Below are positions 54,697 to 63,824 of a stretch of DNA of 64,000 nt, piece after piece. Position 1 is the first letter of the stretch; every line of letters starts with the position of its first letter. Both the position numbers and the translations under genes were made by a program. The stretch spans positions 14,093 to 78,092 of the forward strand of contig JAFVOQ010000034.1 in NCBI GenBank assembly GCA_017505785.1, written 5' to 3'. The notes beneath the pieces are model-generated. The model saw only the letters and a list, made by a program, of their open reading frames with translations, searched no databases and was not told where the DNA came from. The DNA is from Clostridia bacterium (GTDB taxonomy: Bacteria; Bacillota; Clostridia; Oscillospirales; CAG-272).

Positions 54697-54726
54697 TTGA
54701 CAGTAAGGCATAGGATATGTTATAAT
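54697..54726 (+). promoter_or_regulatory. Sigma-A type promoter of the MGS-like gene
   Basis: TTGACA, 18-nt spacer, TATAAT. Confidence 0.55.
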
Positions 54727-54789
54727 ATACTGGAATAGATAGTATTTTTGACGCTGATATTCTACGGTCGAGGGAAGGAAGGTGTAAGC

Positions 54790-55218
54790 ATGGAAATTGC
54801 CATTATTGCGGCAGACATGAAGAAGGAACTGATGACACAGTTCTGCATTGCGTATTGCGGTGTGCTCAGTAAGCATAACCTATGTGCCACCAGCATTACC
54901 GCGAAGTACATTTCGGAAGCCACAGGTCTTACCATCGAAAAACTACTTACGGGTGAGCAAGGGGGAGAGCAGCAGATCGCCACACGCGTTGCGTATAATG
55001 AGATCGATATTTTGCTGTATTTTCGCGATACGCGCCCCGAAGCGATCTATGACGATAAAGAAACGCAAGAGCTTTTGCTTGCCTGTGACCGATACAATAT
55101 TCCCGTTGCCACTAATATTGCAACCGCAGAGGCGCTGATCACAGCCCTTGATCGTGGCGATCTGGATTGGCGAAACTTCTTAAATCCAAGAAGCGAGTAT
55201 AATCGCAGCAAAAAATAA
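54790..55218 (+). CDS. Methylglyoxal synthase-like domain protein (catalytic residues not conserved)
   Basis: Start at M15 of the tracked ORF. It aligns along its length with MgsA (ATGxxI, GGxQQI, NIPVATN), but AHD is AAD, GGDQQ is GGEQQ, and PH(D/E)PD is IYDDK. Confidence 0.75.
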   Translation: MEIAIIAADMKKELMTQFCIAYCGVLSKHNLCATSITAKYISEATGLTIEKLLTGEQGGEQQIATRVAYNEIDILLYFRDTRPEAIYDDKETQELLLACDRYNIPVATNIATAEALITALDRGDLDWRNFLNPRSEYNRSKK

Positions 55219-55224
55219 CAAAGT

Positions 55225-55417
55225 GTTTGGAACACGCCCCTGTATTCTCGTGCACAGAGAGGGAACGGATTGCTGAAACGTTCTTCACGAGGGATGCTTC
55301 GGGTACCGCCCAAATGCCAGACTGTATAAATTTTGAGTGAAACGCTCGGGTGGAACCGTGTGATCTTATCGCACCCCGACAGGTCTTTGACCCTGTCGGG
55401 GTGCGTTTGTATTTTTA
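55225..55417 (+). promoter_or_regulatory. T-box riboswitch leader of thrS (compact)
   Basis: AGAGAG at about 55255. T-box AACGCUCGGGUGGAACCGUG (55341-55360). Terminator GCACCCCGACAGG/CCUGUCGGGGUGC (55371-55404) followed by a U run. The specifier is ambiguous (ACC 55305-55307 or ACG 55278-55280). Confidence 0.75.
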
Positions 55418-55440
55418 ATATTCTCAAAGGAGTAAAGGAT

Positions 55441-57378
55441 ATGTTTAAAGTAAGCTTTCCCGAAAAAACATTGGAATTTGAAGCACCGCTATCGGTTTTT
55501 GATGCCGCAAAGGCAGCCGAGCTGGTGACACGCGCGCATATTGCCGCAGAGGTTGGCGGTGCTGTTGTCGGTATGACGCATACCCTTGCGGGCGATTGTG
55601 AGGTAAAGCTTCTCACCTTTGCCGATGCTGCAGGTAAGCACGTGTTTGATCATACTGCGGCCCATATCTTAGCACAGGCTGTTAAGCGTCTGTATCCCGC
55701 TACCAAGCTGACCATTGGCCCTGCTGTGGAAAGCGGCTTTTACTATGATTTTGATAGTGACATTCCCTTCACGCCCGAGGTGCTTTCCGCACTTGAGGGT
55801 GAGATGAAGAAGATCGTGAAGGAAAATCTCCTCATCGAGCGCTTTGAGCTTCCCCGTGATGCGGCAGTAAAGCTTATGGAGGAGAAGGGCGAGCCGTATA
55901 AGGTGCAGCTGATCAACGAGCTGCCCGCGGATGCCGTGATCAGCTTTTATCGCCAGGGTGAATTTACCGATCTTTGTGCAGGCCCTCACCTCTTTTCCAC
56001 CGCCGCTGTTAAGGCTGTAAAGCTGACGCAGTGCACGGGCGCATATTGGAAGGGTGACCAGAACAATAAGATGCTGCAGCGCGTGTATGGCGTGGCATTT
56101 CCCACCAAGGATGAGCTGAAGGCACACCTTGAGGCACTTGAGGAGGCGAAAAAGCGCGATCATAATAAAATCGGTCGTGAGCTTGAATATTTTACTACCG
56201 TAGAAAGCATTGGACAGGGCTTGCCGATTCTGTTGCCGAAGGGCGCACGTACCGTGCAGGTTTTGCAACGCTGGATCGAGGATGAGGAGCAAAAGCGCGG
56301 CTATCTTTTGACCAAAACCCCCCTTATGGCAAAGCGCGATCTTTACCGCATTTCGGGTCACTGGGATCATTACCGCGACGGCATGTTTATCCTTGGCGAT
56401 GCCGAGGACGAAACGAAGGAATGCTTTGCACTTCGCCCCATGACCTGCCCCTTCCAGTATCAGGTGTTCCTCAATAAAAAGCGTTCCTACCGCGAGCTGC
56501 CGATGCGCCTTGGCGAAACCTCAACGCTCTTCCGCAATGAGGATTCGGGCGAGATGCATGGCCTCATTCGTGTCAGACAGTTCACCATTTCTGAGGGACA
56601 TCTTATTCTGCGTCCCGAGCAGCTCGAGGAGGAGTTCCGCGGCTGTCTTGAGCTTGCCAAATACGTGCTTGATACCGTTGGCATGCTTGAAAATTGCAGC
56701 TTCCGCTTCTCGCAGTGGGATCCTGCCCGTGCCGGCATCAAGTACGAGGGTACAAGAGAGCAGTGGGAGCACGCGCAGTCGGTAATGGGTACGATTCTTG
56801 ATAATCTTGGCGTCAAGTATGAGATCGGTATTGACGAGGCGGCGTTCTACGGCCCCAAGCTCGATATCCAGTATAAGAACGTGTTTGGCAAAGAGGATAC
56901 CATTGTTACCATTCAGATCGATATGCTTCTTGCCGAGAAGTTTGGCATGGAATATGTCGATAGCGACGGACAGATGAAAACGCCTTACATCATTCACCGT
57001 ACCTCTCTTGGGTGCTATGAGCGTACGCTTGCTTACCTTATCGAGCGTTATGCGGGGGCTTTGCCCACTTGGATGTCGCCCGAGCAGGTTCGCATTCTCC
57101 CCATTGGTAACGAGCATATTGACTACGCCTATGACGTGAAGAAGCAGCTTGCTGCCAAGGGCGTGCGCGTGGAGGTTGACGACCGCAACGAAACGATCGG
57201 TAAGAAAATTCGCAACACGCAGCTGGAAAAGGTTCCCTATATGCTGGTAATCGGTGACAACGAAATGAATGCCGGCACGGTTGCCGTTCGTTCCCGCAAG
57301 GAGGGCGACAAGGGCGCTGTGGCAGTTGACGCGTTCCTCTCCGACCTGCTTCTTGAAATTGAAGAAAAGAGAAGATAA
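55441..57378 (+). CDS. thrS: Threonine--tRNA ligase
   Basis: Start at M37 of the tracked ORF (AAAGGAG RBS). It has TGS, second-additional, class II core and anticodon-binding regions and is ThrRS-like throughout. Confidence 0.95.
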   Translation: MFKVSFPEKTLEFEAPLSVFDAAKAAELVTRAHIAAEVGGAVVGMTHTLAGDCEVKLLTFADAAGKHVFDHTAAHILAQAVKRLYPATKLTIGPAVESGFYYDFDSDIPFTPEVLSALEGEMKKIVKENLLIERFELPRDAAVKLMEEKGEPYKVQLINELPADAVISFYRQGEFTDLCAGPHLFSTAAVKAVKLTQCTGAYWKGDQNNKMLQRVYGVAFPTKDELKAHLEALEEAKKRDHNKIGRELEYFTTVESIGQGLPILLPKGARTVQVLQRWIEDEEQKRGYLLTKTPLMAKRDLYRISGHWDHYRDGMFILGDAEDETKECFALRPMTCPFQYQVFLNKKRSYRELPMRLGETSTLFRNEDSGEMHGLIRVRQFTISEGHLILRPEQLEEEFRGCLELAKYVLDTVGMLENCSFRFSQWDPARAGIKYEGTREQWEHAQSVMGTILDNLGVKYEIGIDEAAFYGPKLDIQYKNVFGKEDTIVTIQIDMLLAEKFGMEYVDSDGQMKTPYIIHRTSLGCYERTLAYLIERYAGALPTWMSPEQVRILPIGNEHIDYAYDVKKQLAAKGVRVEVDDRNETIGKKIRNTQLEKVPYMLVIGDNEMNAGTVAVRSRKEGDKGAVAVDAFLSDLLLEIEEKRR

Positions 57379-57382
57379 AATA

Positions 57383-57415
57383 AAAGCCGATGCAAGCTTA
57401 GCTTGCATCGGCTTT
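57383..57415. terminator. Bidirectional terminator between thrS and the GH28 gene
   Basis: AAAGCCGATGCAAGC / GCTTGCATCGGCTTT 15-bp stem. Confidence 0.8.
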
Positions 57416-57427
57416 TGCTATGTAAAA

Positions 57428-58786
57428 TTATACCTGCTTGAAGTTTGTGACGTTCTCAAGCAGCATCTCGTCGCGCGCGTCGGGCTTTTCGGTTGAAAAG
57501 TTCACGTTATAAAGCCTGAGGTTATTGACGTGCTTGGCGACCATGCCGTGCACAGGGGCTTTTGTACCGATCGCTTTTACGCCCGGATATTGCTTTCTCA
57601 GCTCATTCAGCACGATATTTCTGTCTTCCTTCGTGCCGCCGCCGGGCGATACGAACTGGATGTTCGACAGGCTCACGTTGTCAATGATACTGTCGGGCTG
57701 ACCTGCGATCAAAAGCGGGAAGTGGTGGGGGGTGCCGATCAGCTTATTTGCGTAATAATCTCGCGAGTTTTGCGCCATGGTGGCGGTAATGGTTTCGGTA
57801 TAGGGACCCGTGACGATGACGTTTGAGATCGCCACGTTTTTCATGACGCCGATCTTGGTACCCTCAGGGCCGCGTGCGCGGTCACTGACGAGAAGCGCGA
57901 TCGGAACGCCAACGTTACGCATGGTAATGTTGGAAACGGAAAGCCCTTCTACGCGTGCACCGTCCGATGTCATGAGGAAAAGACCCTCAAGGCGCGTGTC
58001 GTAAACGGTACAGCCGGTTACGGTCGTGTTGATAAAGGCAGAGTTTGATTCGGTACCAAACTTAATGGCAGAGGCGTGGCTTCTTACCACACACCCCGTA
58101 ATGGTGAGGTTTTCCATTGCCTGAAAACGCCCGAGGGTATAAGAGCATTTGGGGACGATCGCATCGTCACCGGCATCCACGATACAGTCGGAAATGACCA
58201 CGTTCTTGCAGGAGTCAGGGCTGATGCCGTCCACGTGTGTGAAGACGTTAAGACCCGAAATAATGACGTTTTCGCATCCCGCAACGTAAACCGCGAGGTC
58301 GGTCACGTTGCGGATCACCAGATCCTTGATGACAACGTTGGTGCACTCCTTAAAGGCAACGACCTTGCAGCCGCGGCACCAATGGCAGCCTTTGCTTCCG
58401 GGGAACTCGGTGAAATCAAGATCCTCCCAAGCCGATTGCATATCGATCTTGCCGTAGCCGGTAAGGGCGATATCGTTGGCATTGTCGGCATGGAACAGGC
58501 TATGGTGGAAGAAGCTGTGGCTTCTGTCCTGGAACTCGGTGTTTGCGGCATCCTCCTCATAAGGATCAAAGTCAAGGCGGTTGGTGCTGCCAAGGATCGT
58601 CGCGCCCTTGTCAAGCCAAACGTGCACGTTGGATTTAAAGTGCATCGTGCCGCAAAGATATTTGCCCTCGGGGATATAAACGGTACCGCCGCCGGCTTCG
58701 GCACAAGCGTCGATTGCTTTTTGAATGGCTTTTGAATCAAGTGCCACGCCGTTGGCAACGGCACCGTATTCCTTTACGTTAAACAT
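57428..58786 (-). CDS. Glycoside hydrolase family 28 (polygalacturonase-like, right-handed beta-helix)
   Basis: N-terminus FNVKEYGAVANG..AIQKAIDAC. GH28-type acidic cluster DGISPDS...DAGDDAIVPK and the HASAIKFGTE block. Confidence 0.8.
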   Translation of the reverse strand: MFNVKEYGAVANGVALDSKAIQKAIDACAEAGGGTVYIPEGKYLCGTMHFKSNVHVWLDKGATILGSTNRLDFDPYEEDAANTEFQDRSHSFFHHSLFHADNANDIALTGYGKIDMQSAWEDLDFTEFPGSKGCHWCRGCKVVAFKECTNVVIKDLVIRNVTDLAVYVAGCENVIISGLNVFTHVDGISPDSCKNVVISDCIVDAGDDAIVPKCSYTLGRFQAMENLTITGCVVRSHASAIKFGTESNSAFINTTVTGCTVYDTRLEGLFLMTSDGARVEGLSVSNITMRNVGVPIALLVSDRARGPEGTKIGVMKNVAISNVIVTGPYTETITATMAQNSRDYYANKLIGTPHHFPLLIAGQPDSIIDNVSLSNIQFVSPGGGTKEDRNIVLNELRKQYPGVKAIGTKAPVHGMVAKHVNNLRLYNVNFSTEKPDARDEMLLENVTNFKQV

Positions 58787-59080
58787 AGGCTTGCTCCTTT
58801 GTATAATCTTGTTTTCTGATTGTAATGAACGTGATAACGCCCGTAATTTACAGTATCATTGTAACATGGTGTGATTGCTGTAAATGCAAAATACTGCTAA
58901 AAACGTGTACTTTTCTGCTGCTTTTTTTGAAGCACTGAAGTTTTTTGCGTTTGATTTGTAAATAAAGTATAGCAAATAACGCGAAAAATAGAAATGGAGT
59001 ATAGAACGGATAATTGTAAAAATCAATAAGGAATGGGCGAATGCAGCGCTCACGCCCGCATTCGCCCATATAAGGAAGAT

Positions 59081-60739
59081 TTATTTTACTTCAATAATGG
59101 AGCTATCCCACATTTCAGGTGCCTCAAAGCCCATGAGATTCACCATGGTTGCCGCCACGCTGGAAAGTCCAAAATCACCGTTGTCTGCCTTTACGGTATA
59201 AGCATTCTTTGCCTCGGTGTTATCGTAAATGATGCAGGGTACGCGGTTTAAGGTGTGGCTAGTCTTTGCCTTATAGGAGCCGTCCTTGCCTACCTTGGGC
59301 TGCCCTTGCTTGTCGGTTTCGTACATCTCGTCGGCATTGCCGTGGTCAGCTGTGAGAAGTGCTACACCGCCAAGACGGTCAATGACAGGGAGAAGCCGTG
59401 CCAGCTGAAGATCAAGTGCTTCCATGGAGCAACGCGTTGCGGCAAGCGAGCCGGTGTGACCTACCATATCGCCATTCGGGAAGTTGACGCGTAAATACTT
59501 GTATTTCCCGCTTTCAAGGCACTCGATCAGCTTATCGGTGATCTCGGCACATTTCATCCAGGGGCGCTGCTCAAAGGGCACAACGTCGGAGGGAACCTCG
59601 ATATAGGTTTCCAGCTCCTCGGAGAACTTGCCCGATTTATTTCCGTTCCAGAAGTAGGTCACGTGTCCGTATTTCTGCGTTTCGGAAATCGCAAGCTGTG
59701 AAACACCCGTATTCGCAAGATACTCGCTCATGGTGTTGGTAATCTCGGGGGGAGATACCAGATATTTTTTCGGAATATGCAGGTCGCCGTCGTATTCAAG
59801 CATGCCTGCGTATACCACCCGGGGCACGCGCACACGGTCGAACTTGTCAAATTCTGCACCGCCGTCAAAGGCTTTGGAGATCTCAATGGAACGGTCGCCG
59901 CGGAAGTTGTAAAAGATCACGCTGTCGCCGTCGTTGACCGTGCCAACGGGCTTGCCGTCCTTGGCAATGACGAAGGGCGGGAGATCCTGGTCGATGACCT
60001 TGGTTTCCGCACGGTAGGTCTTAACAGCCTCAGCCGCACTTGCAAACTGGCGGCCTTCGCCAAGCACGTGCGTTTTCCAGCCAAGCTCTACCATTGCCCA
60101 GTTTGCCTCGTAGCGGTCCATTGTAATGGTCATGCGTCCGCCGCCGCTGGCAATTGCGGCATCAAAATCAGTGGAGTTCAGGTCGGCAAGAAACGCCTCA
60201 AACGGTTCAATATATTCAAGCGCAGAGGTTTCGCCTACGTCGCGCCCGTCAATAAGGGTGTGGATACGAACGGTTTTTACGCCCTCAACCTTCGCCTCAC
60301 GCACCATTGCCTTCAGGTGGTCAATGTGAGAGTGCACGTTACCGTCGGAAAACAGGCCCAGGAAATGAAGTGTGCCGCCCGTTGCCTTGACGTTTGCAAC
60401 AAGCTCCTGCCAAGTGGCGGAAGCAAACATCTTGCCGCTTTCAATCGAGTTTGAAACCAGCTTTGCCCCCTGTGCAAACACCTGGCCGGCACCAAGGGCG
60501 TTGTGCCCTACCTCGGAGTTACCCATATCGTCGTCGGAGGGAAGGCCAACGGCGGTGCCGTGAGCCTTCAGACTCACGGTCGGGTAGTTTTTCATCAGCA
60601 TGTCAAGGCAGGGGGTGTATGCTGCGGCAACGGCGTTGCCTGCGGTATCGGGTGCAAGCCCTACGCCGTCCATTACAACCGTCACAACGGGACCCTTAAC
60701 GCCACTGAACTTCTGCAATTTTTTTAACGTTTTCCTCAT
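59081..60739 (-). CDS. gpmI: 2,3-bisphosphoglycerate-independent phosphoglycerate mutase (long form)
   Basis: N-terminus VVMDGVGL...; MGNSEVGHNALGAG and the metal-binding C-terminal TADHGNAD motif. 552 aa. Confidence 0.95.
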   Translation of the reverse strand: MRKTLKKLQKFSGVKGPVVTVVMDGVGLAPDTAGNAVAAAYTPCLDMLMKNYPTVSLKAHGTAVGLPSDDDMGNSEVGHNALGAGQVFAQGAKLVSNSIESGKMFASATWQELVANVKATGGTLHFLGLFSDGNVHSHIDHLKAMVREAKVEGVKTVRIHTLIDGRDVGETSALEYIEPFEAFLADLNSTDFDAAIASGGGRMTITMDRYEANWAMVELGWKTHVLGEGRQFASAAEAVKTYRAETKVIDQDLPPFVIAKDGKPVGTVNDGDSVIFYNFRGDRSIEISKAFDGGAEFDKFDRVRVPRVVYAGMLEYDGDLHIPKKYLVSPPEITNTMSEYLANTGVSQLAISETQKYGHVTYFWNGNKSGKFSEELETYIEVPSDVVPFEQRPWMKCAEITDKLIECLESGKYKYLRVNFPNGDMVGHTGSLAATRCSMEALDLQLARLLPVIDRLGGVALLTADHGNADEMYETDKQGQPKVGKDGSYKAKTSHTLNRVPCIIYDNTEAKNAYTVKADNGDFGLSSVAATMVNLMGFEAPEMWDSSIIEVK

Positions 60740-60797
60740 GATATCTCCTTTGGCGGCTTGCCAAACGGCAAGCCCTGTGTTATACTATTTTCAGGAA

Positions 60798-62027
60798 TCA
60801 GCCCTTGGCACTAACCAGTGCTTCGGTGTCGCGTGCAATCAGGAGCTCCTCGTTGGTCGGGATCACGTACACGGCAACCTTAGAAGCGTCGGTTGAGATT
60901 TTTACATTGTTAGACTGTCTTGTGATCTTGGCGTTGAGCTCCTTGTCGATATCAATGCCAAGGAAATCAAGATCGGTCAATACTGCCTCGCGCAACGTGG
61001 TGCTGTTCTCGCCAATGCCTGCGGTAAATACGATCGCATCAAGACCGTTCATTTCGGCAGCATACGCGCCAATGAGCTTCTTGAGTTGGAGCTTGAGGAT
61101 GCTGATAGCAAGCTTCGATTGCTCGTGGTGGGGGTTTGCAGGGCCATCGGCAATTGCCTTTTGCAGGTCGCGCGAGTCGGAGGAATAGCCGCTTGTCACA
61201 CCAAGGAAACCGGATTTCTTGTTCATCAGGTCACTGACGCCGGCGGGCGTGAGGTTCAGCTTCTCCATCATAAAGGGAACGATTGCAGGGTCAATATCGC
61301 CACAGCGCGTGCCCATTTCAACACCTGCAAGGGGGGTAAAGCCCATGGAGGTATCCATAACCTTGCCGTCCTTTACCGCAGAAACAGAGGAGCCGTTGCC
61401 AATGTGGCAGGTTACAATCTTTGTGCCCTGGGTCTTGCCAAGGATCTTCAGCATCTCGCCGGCAACAAAGCGGTGGGAGGTGCCGTGTGCACCGTAGCGG
61501 CGCACGCCATAGTCGCGGTAAAGCTCATAGGGCAGAGCGTACATGAAGGCTTCGGGCTTCATCGTCTGGTGGAAGGCGGTATCAAATACCAGCACCTGAG
61601 GCTTGCCGGGCATAACAGCAAGGCAGCCTTCGATACCTTGAATGTGTGCAGGGGTATGCAGGGGTGCAAAATCGTGGCAAAGGCGCAGCTTTGCGAGCAC
61701 CTCGTCAGTCAGGAGCACCGACTCAGAGAAATAGGCACCGCCGTGCACCACGCGGTGACCCACAGCCTCGATCTCGTCCATAGAAGAAATGCAGCCATAT
61801 TCGGGGTCAAGCAGCTTCTCCACAACAAGGCTCATCGCCTCTGCGTGATTTTTCATGGGGCGTACTTCGCTTGCCACAAGCCCTTTTACAAGCTGCTTGT
61901 GCTCGATAGCGGAGCCGTCAATGCCAATGCGCTCGCAAAGGCCCTTGGCAAATACAGTTTCGGTGTTTGTGTCAAAAAGCTGATATTTCAGGGAGCTCGA
62001 TCCCGCGTTGACAACAAGTACGTTCAT
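60798..62027 (-). CDS. ackA: Acetate kinase
   Basis: Start at M22 of the tracked ORF (GGAGGA RBS). N-terminus MNVLVVNAGSSSLKYQLFD plus VHGG and GIGEN motifs. Confidence 0.95.
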   Translation of the reverse strand: MNVLVVNAGSSSLKYQLFDTNTETVFAKGLCERIGIDGSAIEHKQLVKGLVASEVRPMKNHAEAMSLVVEKLLDPEYGCISSMDEIEAVGHRVVHGGAYFSESVLLTDEVLAKLRLCHDFAPLHTPAHIQGIEGCLAVMPGKPQVLVFDTAFHQTMKPEAFMYALPYELYRDYGVRRYGAHGTSHRFVAGEMLKILGKTQGTKIVTCHIGNGSSVSAVKDGKVMDTSMGFTPLAGVEMGTRCGDIDPAIVPFMMEKLNLTPAGVSDLMNKKSGFLGVTSGYSSDSRDLQKAIADGPANPHHEQSKLAISILKLQLKKLIGAYAAEMNGLDAIVFTAGIGENSTTLREAVLTDLDFLGIDIDKELNAKITRQSNNVKISTDASKVAVYVIPTNEELLIARDTEALVSAKG

Positions 62028-62161
62028 TTTTGATCCTCCGTGGTACAATAAAATAATAAGTAATATTTGCAGCAAAATATAGTATAACACATCAAAATGC
62101 TTTTTTCAATATTTCATTGAGAAAAAAGCCAAATTTTTCCGCAAAAAGAAGGGGAGTGCTG

Positions 62162-63319
62162 ATGAAACACGTTGGTATTATTTGCGAATACAATCCGTTC
62201 CATACGGGGCACGCGCGCTTGCTGGGCGCGGTTCGCGATGCGAAGACCGTGGTGTGCTTGATGAGTGGCGATTTTACCCAGCGCGGTGAAGCGGCAATTT
62301 TGCCCCCTGTGTCGCGTGCCGCCATGGCATTGGCGAGTGGGGCAGATCTCGTGCTCCAGTTGCCGTTCCCGTTCTCGGCTTCATCGGCGCGCTATTTTGC
62401 CACGGCGGGTGTGCGCGCGCTTGGTGGCCTTGGGATAGATACGCTTGCCTTTGGCAGCGAGTGTGGCGATATAGAGGTGCTTGCCTCGCTTGCCGCGCGT
62501 GCACCTGAGGGGGATTATCGAAAAAAAGCACCGCACGTGATGCAAAATACAGGTGATGCCGCTGCGTATTTTGCAACGCTTGGTGAAAATGTTTCCTCAA
62601 ATGATATCTTGGCTGTAGAGTATTTGCGCGCCATGGCGCGTGAAGCACCAGATATGGTGCCCTTTGCCGTTGGCCGCAAGGGGGCAGAATACCGCCAAAC
62701 GGTGTTAAAAAAGGAGGAGTATCCTTCCGCCACCGCCCTGCGTGAGGCTTTAACTGCCGGTGAGGATGTTGAGGCGTATATTCCAAGTGAAGCGCGTGAA
62801 ATTTTTAGGGAATCCGTAACACGCTACGGCATTGCCGATACCGCGCGCCTTGGCAGTGCACTGCTCGCCCTGTTACGCACAGACGGTGCGGGAAATTCAG
62901 CCTTTGATGAAATTGCCGAGTGTGGTGGGGGCCTTTATCGTCGCCTGCAAAAGGCGGCTTGGGGCACGGGGGATTATGCTGCGCTTTGTGGGGCGGCGGC
63001 AACCAAACGCTATACCGACGGGCGGATCCGCCGTGCGCTCCTTTACCTGCTTGCAGGTGTAAAAAAGGAGGATCTTGCAGCACACCCCATATATGTGCGG
63101 CTGCTTGCCGCCAACGCACGTGGCAGAGAATTTCTTGCCGAAACCATGAAACGCCGCACCGTTCACGTGGTAACAAAGCAAGCCGATATCGCAGGGCTTG
63201 GCACTTGCGCTGCCCGCCAGCGTGAGCTTTCACTGCGCGCCGACGGACTTTTTGCGCTGTGTTTTGCAAATACCGTTACGCCTCATGCCCTGCAGACCGC
63301 AAAGCCCTATCTTTTATAA
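62162..63319 (+). CDS. tmcAL: tRNA(Met) cytidine acetate ligase (YlbM/TmcAL family nucleotidyltransferase)
   Basis: Start at M16 of the tracked ORF. MKHVGIICEYNPFHTGHARLL...MSGDFTQRGEAAIL matches the TmcAL N-terminal HxGH region. Confidence 0.8.
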   Translation: MKHVGIICEYNPFHTGHARLLGAVRDAKTVVCLMSGDFTQRGEAAILPPVSRAAMALASGADLVLQLPFPFSASSARYFATAGVRALGGLGIDTLAFGSECGDIEVLASLAARAPEGDYRKKAPHVMQNTGDAAAYFATLGENVSSNDILAVEYLRAMAREAPDMVPFAVGRKGAEYRQTVLKKEEYPSATALREALTAGEDVEAYIPSEAREIFRESVTRYGIADTARLGSALLALLRTDGAGNSAFDEIAECGGGLYRRLQKAAWGTGDYAALCGAAATKRYTDGRIRRALLYLLAGVKKEDLAAHPIYVRLLAANARGREFLAETMKRRTVHVVTKQADIAGLGTCAARQRELSLRADGLFALCFANTVTPHALQTAKPYLL

Positions 63320-63352
63320 ACGTAAAGGATGTAACCATATTTTTCAAATCGC

Positions 63353-63381
63353 TTGACTTTTTTAACAGAGCGTGGTATACT
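63353..63381 (+). promoter_or_regulatory. Sigma-A type promoter (extended -10) of the small ORF
   Basis: TTGACT, 17-nt spacer, TGgTATACT. Confidence 0.6.
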
Positions 63382-63415
63382 ATTATGCAGTAAATTTAGC
63401 AGAGGAGGCAGGACG

Positions 63416-63625
63416 ATGGCTGATACAAGAAAAAAGGTTGAGGGTGAATATCTGATGTATCAGGGCAAGCCCCTGGTGCGTGAAAACGATACCATTATTT
63501 ACGGCGATCTCAATAATGATCCTTGCGTACTGTGCCTTGATATTATGGGTTATACAGGTGAGGGCGAGGCAAGAGTGCCGAGCAAGGTTCTTATTCAGGT
63601 CGTGGACGCTAAGGATCCCAATTGA
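63416..63625 (+). CDS. Hypothetical small protein, possibly frameshifted
   Basis: ATG at 63416 follows GAGGAGG. The 69-aa ORF ends at TGA 63623. An overlapping frame (63622-63717) continues as LIIKQGDKGSLHDAFALGMTWLDLELKKAQA. Confidence 0.4.
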   Translation: MADTRKKVEGEYLMYQGKPLVRENDTIIYGDLNNDPCVLCLDIMGYTGEGEARVPSKVLIQVVDAKDPN

Positions 63626-63824
63626 TCATCAAGCAGGGTGATAAGGGGAGCTTGCACGACGCGTTTGCACTTGGCATGACGTGGCTCGATCTTGAACTGA
63701 AAAAGGCACAAGCGTGATATAAAAAAGCACCCCTTACGAGGCTTCTCATAAGGATGTTTACAAATTTTGGCAGAGAACTTGTTTTCTCTGCCGATTTTGT
63801 GATATAATGGGATGGGTGATGAAA

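Noticed and set aside
58787-59080. The AT-rich spacer between the GH28 gene and gpmI, with small ORFs (58848..59069 -, 58856..59053 -) and an ATTTACAG…CTGTAAAT inverted repeat.
   Set aside because: The ORFs lack RBSs and look like AT-rich noise. The inverted repeat is short (8 nt) and the associated promoter has a sub-optimal 15-nt spacer. The evidence is insufficient for a feature call.
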